Below, piece after piece: positions 1 through 13,181 of a stretch of 64,000 nt of DNA. Position 1 is the stretch's first letter. Every line of letters starts with the position of its first letter. Under the pieces are notes generated by a model. It did no database searches and was not told the DNA's origin. It saw only the letters and a list, made by a program, of their open reading frames with translations. Location: positions 8,866,001 to 8,930,000 of the forward strand of contig CM022670.1 in assembly GCA_012295275.1 (NCBI GenBank), read 5' to 3'. Position numbers and translations under genes: made by a program. This stretch comes from Chrysomallon squamiferum (taxonomy: Eukaryota > Animalia > Mollusca).

Positions 1-106
1 AGACACTGGAAATTTATCAATGGAGATGTCAGTTTAAGACCAAGGGATTTCTGGTTTTCTCAAGCGTGACCTTTGAAGGTCATTTAATTATATATATGAA
101 AAAGAT

Positions 107-110
<4 letters not shown>

Positions 111-193
<83 letters not shown>
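111..193. repeat. (CT)n microsatellite
   Basis: Perfect TC dinucleotide run; source of the ERERER ORF. Similar runs at 6692-6762, 21918-22017, 46165-46277, 53146-53248 and 59921-60013. Confidence 0.98.
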
Positions 194-197
<4 letters not shown>

Positions 198-1106
198 GTG
201 GGTCAGCTTTTTTGTAGGTTTTGTCTATCTTAGTTCTTTTCTCTCGCACTAATTCATCTCTATTCCGCCTTAACGTCTGTCTCATAAATAACATTTGTTT
301 CTTAGGTAGCGTGCTGGATTAACTGTGACAATAGGTGCTAATATAATGCTATGGTAGCTACAGAAAATTCTTATTCAGTATGCTAACATTTATTACATAT
401 TTCTCTTACACCGCCATTTTAACATCACAATGTAACAGTACAGACTGCCCTAAGAATCTCAAAGCAATTACTTTTTGTTCTAAAAAAAAACCTGAGAAAG
501 AACATAAATATTGCGTCCCCAGATTCATTTGATCAAAAAAAAAAAAAAAAAACCTTCCAAAACATAAATTTATAAATGTAAGAGAGACTTAAAACACGAC
601 AAACATTCAAAATTGCAAAAGAAGTCAAATATTAATAACAACCATTACACGGGTCACAGTGACCCGACACTAACTCTTTAAATACCGATTCAAAATAAAA
701 TTACCCGTCAACAAAACTGAACCTGAAGAAACTAATAATATTTAATGAAATGTAGCTTTTTTATTATTATTATTATTATTCGGCTGTGAAGAAAATAAAT
801 AGCTGTTAGAATAAAAAAATGAAAAAAAATGTTTTACCTTTCTATTTCTTGGCTATTAACATAGTTTATGCCCATTTAATACTTATTATGAGATTTAGTG
901 AAGCGGTAACATGCCATACTATTGAATTATACTTAGCCTCAACATGAAGTCAGTTTGATTAAAAACCCGAATAACTGCTGCTGATGTATTTATAGGTAAT
1001 TATTGATTTTCGTGGAATGTTAGAAATAATTACAATAATAAGCGGACATGGTAACAATTTGCTGCATACCTACACCTTTCAAACCATTATGTCAGTTTGA
1101 AATAAT

Positions 1107-1140
<34 letters not shown>

Positions 1141-4100
1141 TAGGAGAATTCGTGTTTACTTTAGCATGTGTAGTTCTATTTATGCCATAAGCAATAATGT
1201 TCATGAAATATATGTGTGTATGTGTGTGTGTGTGTCTGTTTTTGTGTCTGTGTGTATGTGTGTGTGTGTGTGTCTGTGTCTGCATATGTGTGTCTAGGAG
1301 TTTTTGTTTATAAATTATGTATGTTTGTCAAACAGAAACCTACATAGTGAATTAACTTTGAGCTTTTATTTGACAACATTTTTTTTTTTCAAACATTCGA
1401 CCTAGGATACCATACAAGTTAAGGAAGATAAGCGGTCTAAATTTGACAATTAAAAATGGACGATTAAAAGTGTAATAAACTGATAACGCTGACTTCAATG
1501 GAAAACAAACAAGGAGGATGAAAGGAATTCGCATTTCAAACATGCTGTCTCCGACAACTTTACACTTGAATCCGCTGTGATTTGAACTTAATTTATTGCA
1601 GACGATACCTTTAAGTAGTTCATTCTGAAAGTGTAATCTAAAAGTTGTGGAATGTTTAAACACGTCTTTAGTTTCACGCCGTGCAAACAGAGAAATAATA
1701 AAAGATAAATATCATTGTTCACATCACTGATTGTCTGAGGAAAATGGTGAACTCGGTGACCGAGGGTAGCATGTTCTTCTCCACCTGGCTTTCTCGTCGT
1801 TTTTTTTTTAAATCCTCTCTTTGTATTTAGCGAATCAAGAAAAGCGCTCGTCTTTTCTGAATGTGCATGTAAAACTGTCATTATTTCTGTGTTCGTTTAT
1901 GCCAAAGAAAACGAACACTTAATTCGAGATACAGATATACTCAAAGATAAGAGAAAGCACACTAAATTGTTATTTCCACACAGTGAAGCAAATTTGAAAC
2001 ATTAAGGAAAAAAAAAAATTGTTTTGTGTCTGTAAATAAATGAGTTCAGACATCTTACAATTTTAAATAGTAAAAAATGTAGAACACACACACAGACACA
2101 CACACATTTATATACACACTAATACACACTTGCGAATAATTATACTCCCAATGTAATCAGGGTACGAAAACGCTAAGTAAATTTTTACATTTGGAAAACT
2201 TTATAATATGTACGTGTAGTGTTTTCAGGAAAAGACGAAATATTTCTGTTGCTTGCTAAAACAGGATTCTTACATCATACGTAGATTCAGGATTGGCATG
2301 TTCTTCCCTTAAATCCTAGCTGCTGTTGATTACTACTCCAGAATCTATTAGCAGTAATCAAACGTGAAATTAGCGACACACTGGCACGGTGAATTACTTA
2401 CTGTCATTGTGCAGTGAGAAGAAAAGCCTTTTAAACTTTAGTACGTTAGTACTTTGAACAGTATTCCTTTTACTGTGTTGTAGATTTACATCATATACCT
2501 TTTTCTGCATTGCTGGTGATAACAAGTTGTTAATTATTTAAATTATTTACTCTTTTTTTTTTTTTTTTTTACATTTTTACATTATATAGCTTTTATTGTA
2601 TTACGTATTTTAAAGCGTTTAATGCACTAAATATTTCAATCATATACCTTTTATTGCATTACATATTTAAATCATTGACTGTTACTTCACTGCATATGTA
2701 TAAGATGTCAGTGTACTGCATTACGTATTTAAATTATTTACTTTTTAATGTAATAAATATTTACATTATCTAGCTTTTAAAGCATTACATCTTTATATTA
2801 AGTGTTTTTACTGCACTGCAACGTTTTTATTTTAGCATCTTGTATTTTTATATCATGTTGCAAAACCGAAATAAAAAGCTGACTTCTATTGTTCAAACAG
2901 ATCTGTTCGAGTAAAAAAAATAAAAATAATAATAATAAAAAAAAAGAAGAAGAGAAATAAAGAGAAGAAAAAAGAGAAACAAGAGCCTTTAATTTTAAAT
3001 TAACATCCAGATTTTCTCTTTAAAATTCGAGGTAATGAAGCAGGGGCACGCTATGCACAAAGATATCCATTTGTTGCAAAGTCACGTATAAAACGATTTT
3101 TTATTTTTTATTTTTTTTATCGATTTTTCAAATATATTTTTAACAACGAGTGCAACAGATATTTGCTGTCAGTCGGATAATGCAATACAGTTAAAAAAAA
3201 TAATAATAAAAAAAAATTTAAATAATTAAAAAGAGAAAGGAAGAAAGCAGGAAATAATTTTATGGCCAAAACGCTGGGTTAAAATTACTCATGTGCATTA
3301 TGTTATGTTAAATCGAAGTTGATTTTTTTTTTTTTTTTTTTTTTATTATTATTATTTTTTTTTTTTTTTTTCGAATAATGTTATTTTATGTTCTAGCTTA
3401 ATCGCGATAGTCAGTTCGATTATCGCTATCGTCAACATGTTAACAGGAAGAGTACAATCATGACGCGATTTGATAACGATATCGATTACACCACCGAAAC
3501 AAATCAGGTTACTGCACGTAATTGTTTAAAAAAATCTTTCAGCTTTTAGTATTCTAACTGACTGTACTGTACAAAACTGGTCAAATACAATCTACTATTC
3601 ATTTTAGTATATCAGTTTTAGAATAACACAAAGCTATAGCATTGTTCAAACATCTAGCAGTTTTGTAATATTTAATTATTATGTAACATAAAGCTAATTC
3701 ATTGTATAAGCCCAACCATTCGTATATTTAACACATTTTTTAACCATTCTAGCAAGTGATGCATTAATTGTATATCAAATTTCGCAGGTATATAATTTCA
3801 AATTGTTGATAAAGTGAATATAAAAGATTATTTGCTGGTGGTAACAAACTGTTAATTATTTTGTTAATAAGATGTAGATAAAAGATCACTTGCTGGTGAT
3901 AGAAGGCAGGATACGAGTTAAAGTTACTGAGAAAGTTAAAGATCACTTGATGCTGATAACAGGCAACAAGCTTTTCTCCGAGACTTCATCAAATATAAGT
4001 AGTAAAAAAAAAAGTGTTTAAATGTGGTTAAACAAACTGTTTACTGTTCACGACTGTGGAGTGATTCTCGTCATTTGAGTAATGGTTTGAGTTGTATGTT

Positions 4101-5209
4101 ATCACGAGTTCAAATGCTGTATTATTTACAAGTCAGTCTTTTACATGACATTTCAGTCAGTCGAGAATCTGTTGTTAGCATTTATTAATTTTCAAAGTCA
4201 ATACAAAATTACCCGTCATATCATGTTCTTCTCTTTCGTGCGATGAACTCAAACAACTATAAATATAAATGATATTATGGAAATACCAAGTATCAAATAG
4301 TACAGATTTTGTATAACTGTACTTTTTTAAAGAGCATATTTTTAATATAGTTAATAGCATGTACTAAGGTTATATGCATGAATTCAGGTGCATTTATTTG
4401 TTTATTATGTATATATATGTATATATATATGTATATGTGCGTATGTTTATTTATTTATACATATACATACATACATATATGCGCACACACACATATTTAC
4501 TTATTTATTTTTCAAAATTAATTATCATGCCAATAGCTTATTTGCCATTTCATTACGTACAACGCAACACATGAGAAACAAAGTACATGTGTGTAGATAT
4601 TACAAAAAAGTGAAGGTTAATAATGTGTTGGATGTTTTACCCTTCACATCGGTTTTCTCTTTGCTGGATATTAACACCGAGGAGGGCTTTGAACCGAAGA
4701 ACATAAATAATCCAAACATGAATAGAGAACAATTCTGTGATTGTTCCTCTTTTTTTTACTTTTCATTTTTCTTTTTTCTTTTCTATTCCCTTTCTCTTTT
4801 TTTTTTTTTAAAGCAAAGATATAGAGTTTACCTACAAGAGTCATATACACTGAATACAGCAAAAAAAAAAAAATAAATAAATAAAAAAAAAAATAAGGAT
4901 AAAAATGAAATGGTCGCGAAATGTAAAATACCATTCAGATATACTGATTTGTAGATAAAAAACAAAAAGTTTGTATAAGCTGATTGGCTAACATTTGTTA
5001 ACAAAATGCTCAACACATCATGAAAATTGACTGTCAGATTAAAGGAGTAATAATAAACACAAAAAAGGCAATCGAATAACTCATTTTGTATTTTCAATAA
5101 TAAAAATTGGTCTATTTATTAATTAACTGTTAAGGGTAATCACTATAAATGTACACAAAATAAATAAATAAATAAAAAAATAAAATATTATTAGTAACTG
5201 ATACAAATG

Positions 5210-5249
<40 letters not shown>

Positions 5250-5779
5250 CATATCCTTTGCATATACATATACTAGCATATGTTTGACCAGATACGTATG
5301 TGTGTATGTATTTATATGTGTAGGGCATGGTGTATATAATACATTCACGTGTTCTTACATAATTATTATGGTTCTGTTAAAACTGGAATATAAATGCCAA
5401 GTCATGTGGTTTGCAACAAATAAAAAATGTATATGCAAATGATACAAAATACATATGTATTTGTTATTAGATACGTATATATGTATTATAAGTTTTTCTC
5501 CACCTGTATGTATATGTATTTGTAGTATGTGTGTGTGTGTGTGTGTGTGCGCGCGTATTCAGTATTGTAACTAGAGAAACAACGAAAACAAAACAGCATT
5601 TTTTTTTTTTGTAATTTCGACAACATAACAATTGTTCAAAACGTATTATAAAGGTGCAAGAAAAAAGATTTAAAATATACATCAACAAAACAAGACGAGT
5701 AATTACTGTTATTAATCCTGTCGACATTATATTTGTTCAAATATTATATTACACACAAAAAATTAGAGATTCAACTTAC

Positions 5780-5867
5780 CCACAGCAAACACAGCAGACG
5801 ACAGGAAAAGGAGGTGAAAGGTCAGACGAGACAGGTAAACTATCTTCCATATCCTGAAGTCTGACAT
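5780..5867 (-). CDS. Probable first coding exon (signal peptide) of a secreted or membrane protein whose remaining exons lie further left or outside the window
   Basis: Minus-strand ATG at 5867 gives MSDFRIWKIVYLSRLTFHLLFLSSAVFAV plus 1 nt, followed by a G|GTAAGT donor at 5779 (phase 1). Basic N-region, hydrophobic core and small residues near the end fit a signal peptide. A second frame is also open here, so the frame is inferred. Confidence 0.6.
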
Positions 5868-6049
5868 TATTAGACAAAATCCTGTCTCGGAGATTCATGT
5901 GAGACAACATGTGAGTCGTCAAAAAAACCCTAAAAAAAAAACAACAACAACCGCTAACACTTCCTCTTCGTATTGTCCTCCAACATTTTCTAAATTTTAA
6001 TTTTTAAAATAAATAAAATTAAAATAAATAAACTCCTTGAGAACGACAA

Positions 6050-6385
6050 TAACGTCTCCGACTCTCCGCCGATCTCTGCTAAACGCCGGGATCACTCACA
6101 AGTACTGTTTACTACACGACAACAAATTTTTCACTGTCGTCTGCACGCTGGCGTTACGCGCCTGCCCGTCACGTCTGCTTGTCCTCCAATAAGAACGCAG
6201 GTTCGTATGCACAGCGTCATTAAAAAAGGGCTGGCTTTGTGACCTTACACACAATTAAGCAAAAAACTTGTTGAAGGCTGGAAGTTTATAGTTCGCGTCT
6301 GACACACAAAACATCGCCGCTGTGCTCTTTCAACTCCGCTGATCCCGGCCTACTTGATCCTCTGACGTACCTGCAAGAAAAAAAT
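6050..6385 (-). promoter_or_regulatory. CpG-rich promoter/5'UTR-like region with a splice acceptor at 6371
   Basis: CpG-dense island directly upstream of the signal-peptide exon; CCAAT at 6186; minus-strand TATAAA near 6285-6290; minus-strand TTTTTTTCTTGCAG|GTACGT at 6384-6365. Confidence 0.45.
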
Positions 6386-6689
6386 AATGAAGTCTCCGTT
6401 AAACCTTCGATCGCCAGCCATTCATCAAACATTAAAGGCGTCCTGACATAGTTTCTGTGTTACAATGAGAGTGACACGCTATTAAGGCCCAACTCGAAAA
6501 CACAATGATCGCCAGTAATTTAGCATATGAAGTAGAGATGCAGAAGATAAATTGTTTGATATAGAGGTATAGAAGGAAAATGTGAGCTCCTGATTTTTGT
6601 TTATTACTTTATCTTATTGTTTGTTTTGTATTGTTATTTTAGTGTTTTAATATATGAAGAGTTAATGCATATATATATATATATATAGG

Positions 6690-6766
<77 letters not shown>

Positions 6767-6834
6767 AGCGAAAAAGAGAAAGATAATTTAATACATATAT
6801 CAGAATGATGTTAATTATTATCATTTATCAATTT

Positions 6835-6835
<1 letters not shown>

Positions 6836-6895
<60 letters not shown>

Positions 6896-7289
6896 TTATC
6901 TATCTATCTATCAGTCATTCAATCTATCTATATCTGTTTATTTATCTATTTATCTAAGGTGTATCACAGCAAAACTGTTATCATTGATATAACAGACATG
7001 GACGATTAGAAGTGAATACGTAATAGGCGTCATTTATACGTGATTGATTGCTTGCATGCTGACTTGTGTAAATTTGTAAAGGGTATAGAGACCAGTTTCA
7101 CAAAGCCACTGGAATGTAGCTTTCAAATGAAACGGTAAAGAAATATTTCTTTTAGAATTTTTTTATATGTCGTTTAACAGAAACTGTAAAATTAATGTAC
7201 ACATCTGCATTGGGGATTGTAATTTAGACAGATGAGATATTTCATACATTTGTGTTAGATATACAAACAGTACATGCGTGCGTACCCAT

Positions 7290-7320
<31 letters not shown>

Positions 7321-7460
7321 CATATATACATACATACATTTATACATACATACATACCTATATACATACATGCGTACATACTACATACATTCATACATAT
7401 ATACATATACACATACACACATACATACACACATACACATACATAAATACATACATATAC
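6836..7460. repeat. (CTAT)n and (TACA)n simple repeats
   Basis: CTAT run at about 6836-6955 and degenerate TACA/CA run at about 7290-7460. Confidence 0.9.
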
Positions 7461-8970
7461 ACAAATGCCTATAAACTTGCATACAAATATATAATTTAGA
7501 AATATTCAGTATTGTTATCTACATTTTATTATGATACAATGCATTTATTTCAGTGCATTGTTAAATCTGTGTATTTTTGAATTAAACGGGTTTAGAAAGA
7601 TCAGAGGAATACGTATAAAAACAGTATATTTCAGACAATTGTAATACTTAACAGTTACTGAAGTTAGAAGATCACGCCAAAAGTACTGATCTAATTAATT
7701 AATAATAACCTTTACATTTATTGTAAAAAAAATTACGATTAACAAAGAGCTTATAACACATATGGCAATCATTATAGACATATTTGCATTAAGATTACAA
7801 CAATCAAAGGATTAAAAGATTCTGTATTCTCACTCTCTCTCTTTCTTTGTGTTTTGTGTGTGTGAGTCTTTGCCTGATTCTTTCAGGAGATACAAACTTA
7901 TCTATTCATGTAGGAATAGTTTGTGACAAAAGCAAATATAATGAAACCGTTTAACACTGCATAAGCCAGTATCTAGGCTGAATTAATCTTTTTACTGAAA
8001 CTTTATTAAACTTTTGTCAGTTAATGTTCGCAGTCTGGAATCAAGATCTTAAGAAGGTGTAAGTTACGTGTATTATATAAAAATCCTTTAGTCAGTATAT
8101 ATATACTTTAAACGCTGAAGAATCTAATATAAATTTTGCAGTATTTTTAATTCTGAAAATAGAATTTTGTGTACACAGATTTGTTTTGCCTCTTTAAACT
8201 TTTGATTAGCATAATATAAATCAGTTATCAGAAATAAAACCCCGCTACATTTGTTCATTAGCAAAACGATATCTTTTATATCTGCCTTCCCATGGACGTG
8301 AACTAAGATATTTGCTAAACAGTCCTGAGCGTTGGTAGGAGCTGGAAAAAAACCCATACTAATCTTAATATAAAGTTATCCAGGTGCTCATAAACAGATT
8401 TATATATAAATAATAAAATACAGGTAAAAAAACCATTTTTTTTTACAATTTCAAGACATTTTTGTCTGAAAGTAACAAGAGTAGTTAAGCTAATATATAA
8501 AAAGAACCTTTTTAAACATTAAAAATCAGACTTATAGCCTGATTCCTTTCGTTAACATTTAACTGTAAAATCGTCTGAAGCATATTATTGTTATTGTGAT
8601 TATTGTTACCATCATCAACATTATCATTATAATTCTTGTTAAAAAATAATAATAATAATAAAGATAAAAAAAAAAAAAAACAAAAAAACTATTAATGAAA
8701 AGAAATTATAAAAAAAAAAAGATTGTATTACAGCAAACAATAAATACAGGCTCAGTGTGCACTATTGCATTCGTGTAACTGAGTTATGTTCAAACAGTGA
8801 AATTCAATACAGTTGCGTAAACGGCAGGTAACAACTGTTCTAGTTCAGCGACCTAATTCACCTGTGCGAGCCAGACGCGCTGTAATCAATAAAAAAAAGA
8901 CTAGATACGTCGTCCCATCAAGTCAGTCGGCACGGCAGCCATTACCGTCACCGGAAGACTGATCTCAATG

Positions 8971-8983
8971 GTTGCTAGGCGAC
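8971..8983. promoter_or_regulatory. RFX X-box motif
   Basis: Reverse complement GTCGCC-T-AGCAAC matches GTNRCC(N0-3)RGYAAC and lies inside a CpG-rich island (8800-9012). Confidence 0.35.
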
Positions 8984-9694
8984 ACGATGCACGATCCATT
9001 TGAAGTACGCGAGTTTTTTTGTGTTTTTTTTTCAAGCTTATAGGAATACCTGATCAATGAGTATCAGCAAAGAAATTTGTACGAAAAGACGTTATTCTTT
9101 GTTAGCTTTGAGATTAGTATTTTTTTTTTTTTTTATTTGTCTAAGGATTCTGATCTTAGTTCTGTGATGACGTCGTGGATCCTTGGATTGGCTATTTTTC
9201 ATCATTTCTCCTTTTCTTAGATAAGAAAACAACAACAACCAAAATGTAACCCTCTGTATCAAAACAAAAAAATAATAAGTAAGATAGTAAATATATAAAT
9301 AAATAAATAAATAAATAAATAAAATGTAAAACAAGTAACTTTTTTTTTCTTTAATTTTAGGAAAACTTCATATATCAACTTGTTTTTGGACAACTGTATT
9401 ATTATACATACTATTGTATCTACTATTGAATATATCTGTTTTGATGCAGTATCTATAATATTTAATTTCTGTGAATACAGTAACCATTCTAATTCCGTTC
9501 TGGCTACAAAATAAATTATTTTGTGTGCTAACTGAACTACTACCTGTTCTAGAGAAGGATCATGTCTGCCTTGTAAAGGTCGTGTTGCATGCTTCCTATG
9601 TGAGAGGAGATGTAGATAAGCCGTGTAACGGAAACTATTTAACTAAACTCCTCTACAGATTTTATATCAGTTATATGGAATGTTTGACTTACAG

Positions 9695-9970
9695 TAGTCG
9701 ATCGATTCCCGTTGGTGGACTCATTCAATTAATTCTAGTTCAACATAGTGATCACAAAAGTCATTGTATGTAAGTCCTGTCCTGTCCATGGGGTGGTACT
9801 TATAACAGCTCCCTAACTGCTATCCGAAAACGAGTAGCCCTCTATATTATTTTGACTTTTTTTTTTTTTTTTTTTTTTTCAGATGTGTGATCCATAGTCA
9901 TATATATTATTTCCATATAATCTTCTATTAAAATATGTTACGTTCATTTTTTTTTAATGAAATATTTCTT
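9695..9970 (+). mobile_element. Decayed tRNA-derived SINE with a Nin-like central domain
   Basis: GATCGATTCCCGTTGGTGGACTCATT ... GTCCTGTCCATGGGGTGGTACTTATAACAGCTCCCTAACTGCTATCCGAAAACGAGTAGCCC resembles the Nin-domain SINE core as I recall it; not database-checked. Confidence 0.55.
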
Positions 9971-10117
9971 CCAACGACAATGGTACAACATTAATCAGTG
10001 TTCCAAATTTGTATAGCTCCTTTGTTATTAAAATAATAATACTGCATTATTTCAGTAACAAATAATAATAATAATAGAACAAAATTTTTTTTTTTTTTCT
10101 TTCTAACCTTCAGACAG

Positions 10118-10148
<31 letters not shown>

Positions 10149-10724
10149 TGCATGTACATCTTTGTTTAACGAAACCCCAGCACAAAAATAAGATCGATTA
10201 TTCAAAGATAAATAAAATATAATTATTTTAATATAAGTTAATGTAAATAAGTAATACATATATATATATATATAAAAAAAACAATTTCAGGCAGAGCGAA
10301 GTGTTTGCAAATACGTCTCAATTATTGGTGGACGTTGCGCTGAACAAAGACGTTGTAAATCGAAACTAACAAGACCTAATCTAGCAATCGTTCATTGTGT
10401 GACAGGTGTTATCGAGACTGCTCTAACGTAATGGCTGGATTACGTGTTCCTCTGTATTCACACGACGCTGTTCCCGTGTCACCCTTTCAGCTTTTAAGCT
10501 GAGTACTTTTTTTTAAAATTTATAATTATACTCATGGAATAACTGACGTAATGAACGGGGTAAAAAATTTAATATATTGTTGATCTACTGACAAGTATTT
10601 TGAAAAACGTATCAAAATGTCAGGGTAAGTTAGTGCTCTTAATGGATAAAATATCCAGACGATGTGGCTAAAATATTATCTGTACCTTGACCATCCGTTT
10701 CTCTCCACCTGTTTTTATATATCA

Positions 10725-11120
10725 GTATATCTATCTATCTATCTATATATATATATACACACACACTGACACCCACACACACACACACACACACACAAAC
10801 AAATAGATATATATATATATATACAGAGAGAAATAGATAGGTAGATGGATAGATAGAATATCTATATCTGTATCTACACACACACACACACACACACATA
10901 TATAGATAGAATGATAGATATATAGACAGACACACAGGCAGACAGACATACATACATACATACATATATACATACAGATACAGACAGACAGACAGACAGA
11001 CAGATAGACAGACAAATAGATAGACAGACAGATAGCAGACAAACAGATAGATAGACATAAAGATGGAAAGATAGAAAGATAGAAAGATAGATAGATAGGC
11101 AGATACATACACACATATAA
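10725..11120. repeat. Compound microsatellite (CTAT/CA/GATA/GACA)
   Basis: Visible directly; explains three overlapping low-complexity ORFs. Confidence 0.95.
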
Positions 11121-12034
11121 GTGTGCTAATCAAATTCTCATTTTAACATTTTGTAATACAAAGAAATACAATGGAACCAGAAAACATTCATTCTTTCTCA
11201 CATTCTTTTTGTCTAAGTTTACCTGCCCTAAAACTATCGTTCTCGTTTTATGCGCATGCGCGTATGTTCACGTGTGCACAGAAGTGTCTTTTGACTGACA
11301 TCGGGAAACTCTAAACCACATTTAACTATTACAGTAAATTCTAATTCAGTAATTGTTGTGTCTCCATTTAAATAAATTTGAAAAGATAGAAGAATATAAA
11401 TCTAGCATAAACCACAAACAGGGTCTATCAAAGTCTAGAAAATTACTAAGCAGGTGTACATTGCGGATTTAAAAATTGCAAGAACAAAAGATAGAAAAAT
11501 GTAAGCAAGAAATAAAGAGTGCATAAATATTATTCTGTATTTGATGTTTTTCAGTTCTCAAAGAGTTAACAATAGTCGTAAAATGTGCATGGGGCTCAAT
11601 AAAATTACGATACAATTCAGAATTTCGGAATAAAGTTTACGTTCAGACGATTTTTTTTTTCCGTTTTTTTGGTACTTTTCTAGTGTTCCTTTGTTTAGCA
11701 GTTTACCTGGTATTTTGAAAGAGTTGGAGAAAGGATTAAAAAAAAAATAAAAAATAAAAATAATAATAATAAATAAAATGAAAAACACAGAAACACATCA
11801 AGACATGCACCTTTAGATTTGTATGAAACCAAAAACACAATTTTATTCAGATTTCTCTAAAAGGAAGATGAAATTTACTTTATTAACTAACGCAGAGGAT
11901 GTGTAAAAAAGATTTTATGTTTTCATCTGGATTATTTATTAATAAGGATGAAGGTAACAAACAATTTAAAAAAAAAAATAATAGCAACTTTGATTCAAAA
12001 TATATAAAAGGAAAAAAATAAAAAAATACGACGT

Positions 12035-12116
12035 CGACGAGGATGGGATTCGAACCCACGCGGGCAGAGCCCAATGGATTAGCAGTCCATCGTCTTAACC
12101 ACTCGGCCACCTCGTC
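12035..12116 (-). tRNA. tRNA-Ser-GCT: tRNA-Ser(GCU), variant with G24A in the D-stem
   Basis: 82 nt, GACGAGGTGGCCGAGTGGTTAAGACGATGGACTGCTAATCCAT...CCTCGTCG; long variable arm; A and B boxes intact; oligo-T terminator just downstream. One base differs from the other two full copies. Confidence 0.9.
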
Positions 12117-12429
12117 CTGTAATTAAGGCATCCCAAATAGAAAATTGCTAATAAATAGATTAATTATTCCCTCGAGCAGTACAAATAAATCCTCGTCGAC
12201 ACATCTAATAAAAAAATTAATGAAAGTATATTAAATTTCCAAAACAATCAACATAAACAATGATATATAGAATATATACTTTTATTTTTGTATTTATTTA
12301 TTTAAAATAATTAAATGTGTATTTAATTAACACCGCCAGAAATACAATGAAATGAAAGAAAGAGAAGGAGAAAAAAGAAAAAAACAACAAAAAACCAAAC
12401 AAATAATAATAATAAAAAATATTATTCAT

Positions 12430-12511
12430 CGACGAGGATGGGATTCGAACCCACGCGGGCAGAGCCCAATGGATTAGCAGTCCATCGCCTTAACCACTCG
12501 GCCACCTCGTC
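12430..12511 (-). tRNA. tRNA-Ser-GCT: tRNA-Ser(GCU)
   Basis: Canonical 82-nt cloverleaf, anticodon GCT, variable arm GGGC-TCT-GCCC, T5 run about 10 nt downstream. Confidence 0.97.
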
Positions 12512-12564
12512 ACACTATAAAACGCTAAACTATGAAAGGACTATTGTGTCAGTAACAATTGTCT

Positions 12565-13181
12565 GTCCAGTGTGTTTGAAGGATGATGAAGATTTGTGCC
12601 ATTTATTTTTGTATTGTGAAGAATTGAAGGAATTAATATCAATCTTTCATGAAATATGTGTTTATATATTTAAGAAAACAGGGTTTTCTCTAGAACAATT
12701 AAAAAGATTATTAATATTTGGATGATAAACAGAATTTATTAATAAAGTTTATAAAATAAACAAATGAACAAATATCAATATAATGCTTTTTTTTAGAAAT
12801 TATATGTATCAGTGCTTTAAAATCATTCTAAATCAATATCGTATTCAAAACAAACTTTCAATTTTTATTAACAAATATGTTAAGAACAATATTTTCCTAG
12901 AACTAAAAGATGACATACTTATTTTCAAATATCCTTTGGAAAGCTACAAATAATCAATATAGATAAATCATGGAAATGGATAAAATAATTAATACTATAA
13001 AATACTGTAAATATATATGAATATTCCGAATAAATAAGTATGCATGCATGTGAGTGTGAATGAGTGTGACTGAGTGTGTGAGAGGAAATAGTTTTTGTTA
13101 TTGTTATTTACAGCTGTAATGTTATTTTAATTGTGTACAACTGGTGATTATACTAATAAAGATAAAAAAAAAAGAAAAAAA
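12565..13181 (+). mobile_element. 5'-truncated non-LTR retrotransposon (L1/Tx1-like ORF2 C-terminus, 3'UTR, poly-A)
   Basis: Flanked by a perfect 14-bp TSD AGTAACAATTGTCT (12551-12564 and 13182-13195). Begins with the CCHC knuckle CPVCLKDDEDLCHLFLYC...LLIFG. After a disruption, an ORF remnant NINIMLFFRNYMYQCF...KYPLESYK* ends at 12953. AATAAA at 13155, A-tail at 13164-13181. Confidence 0.85.

Noticed and set aside
1352-1881. Two minus-strand ORFs as possible next exons of the signal-peptide gene
   Set aside because: No recognisable domain and no convincing phase-1 acceptor/donor pair.
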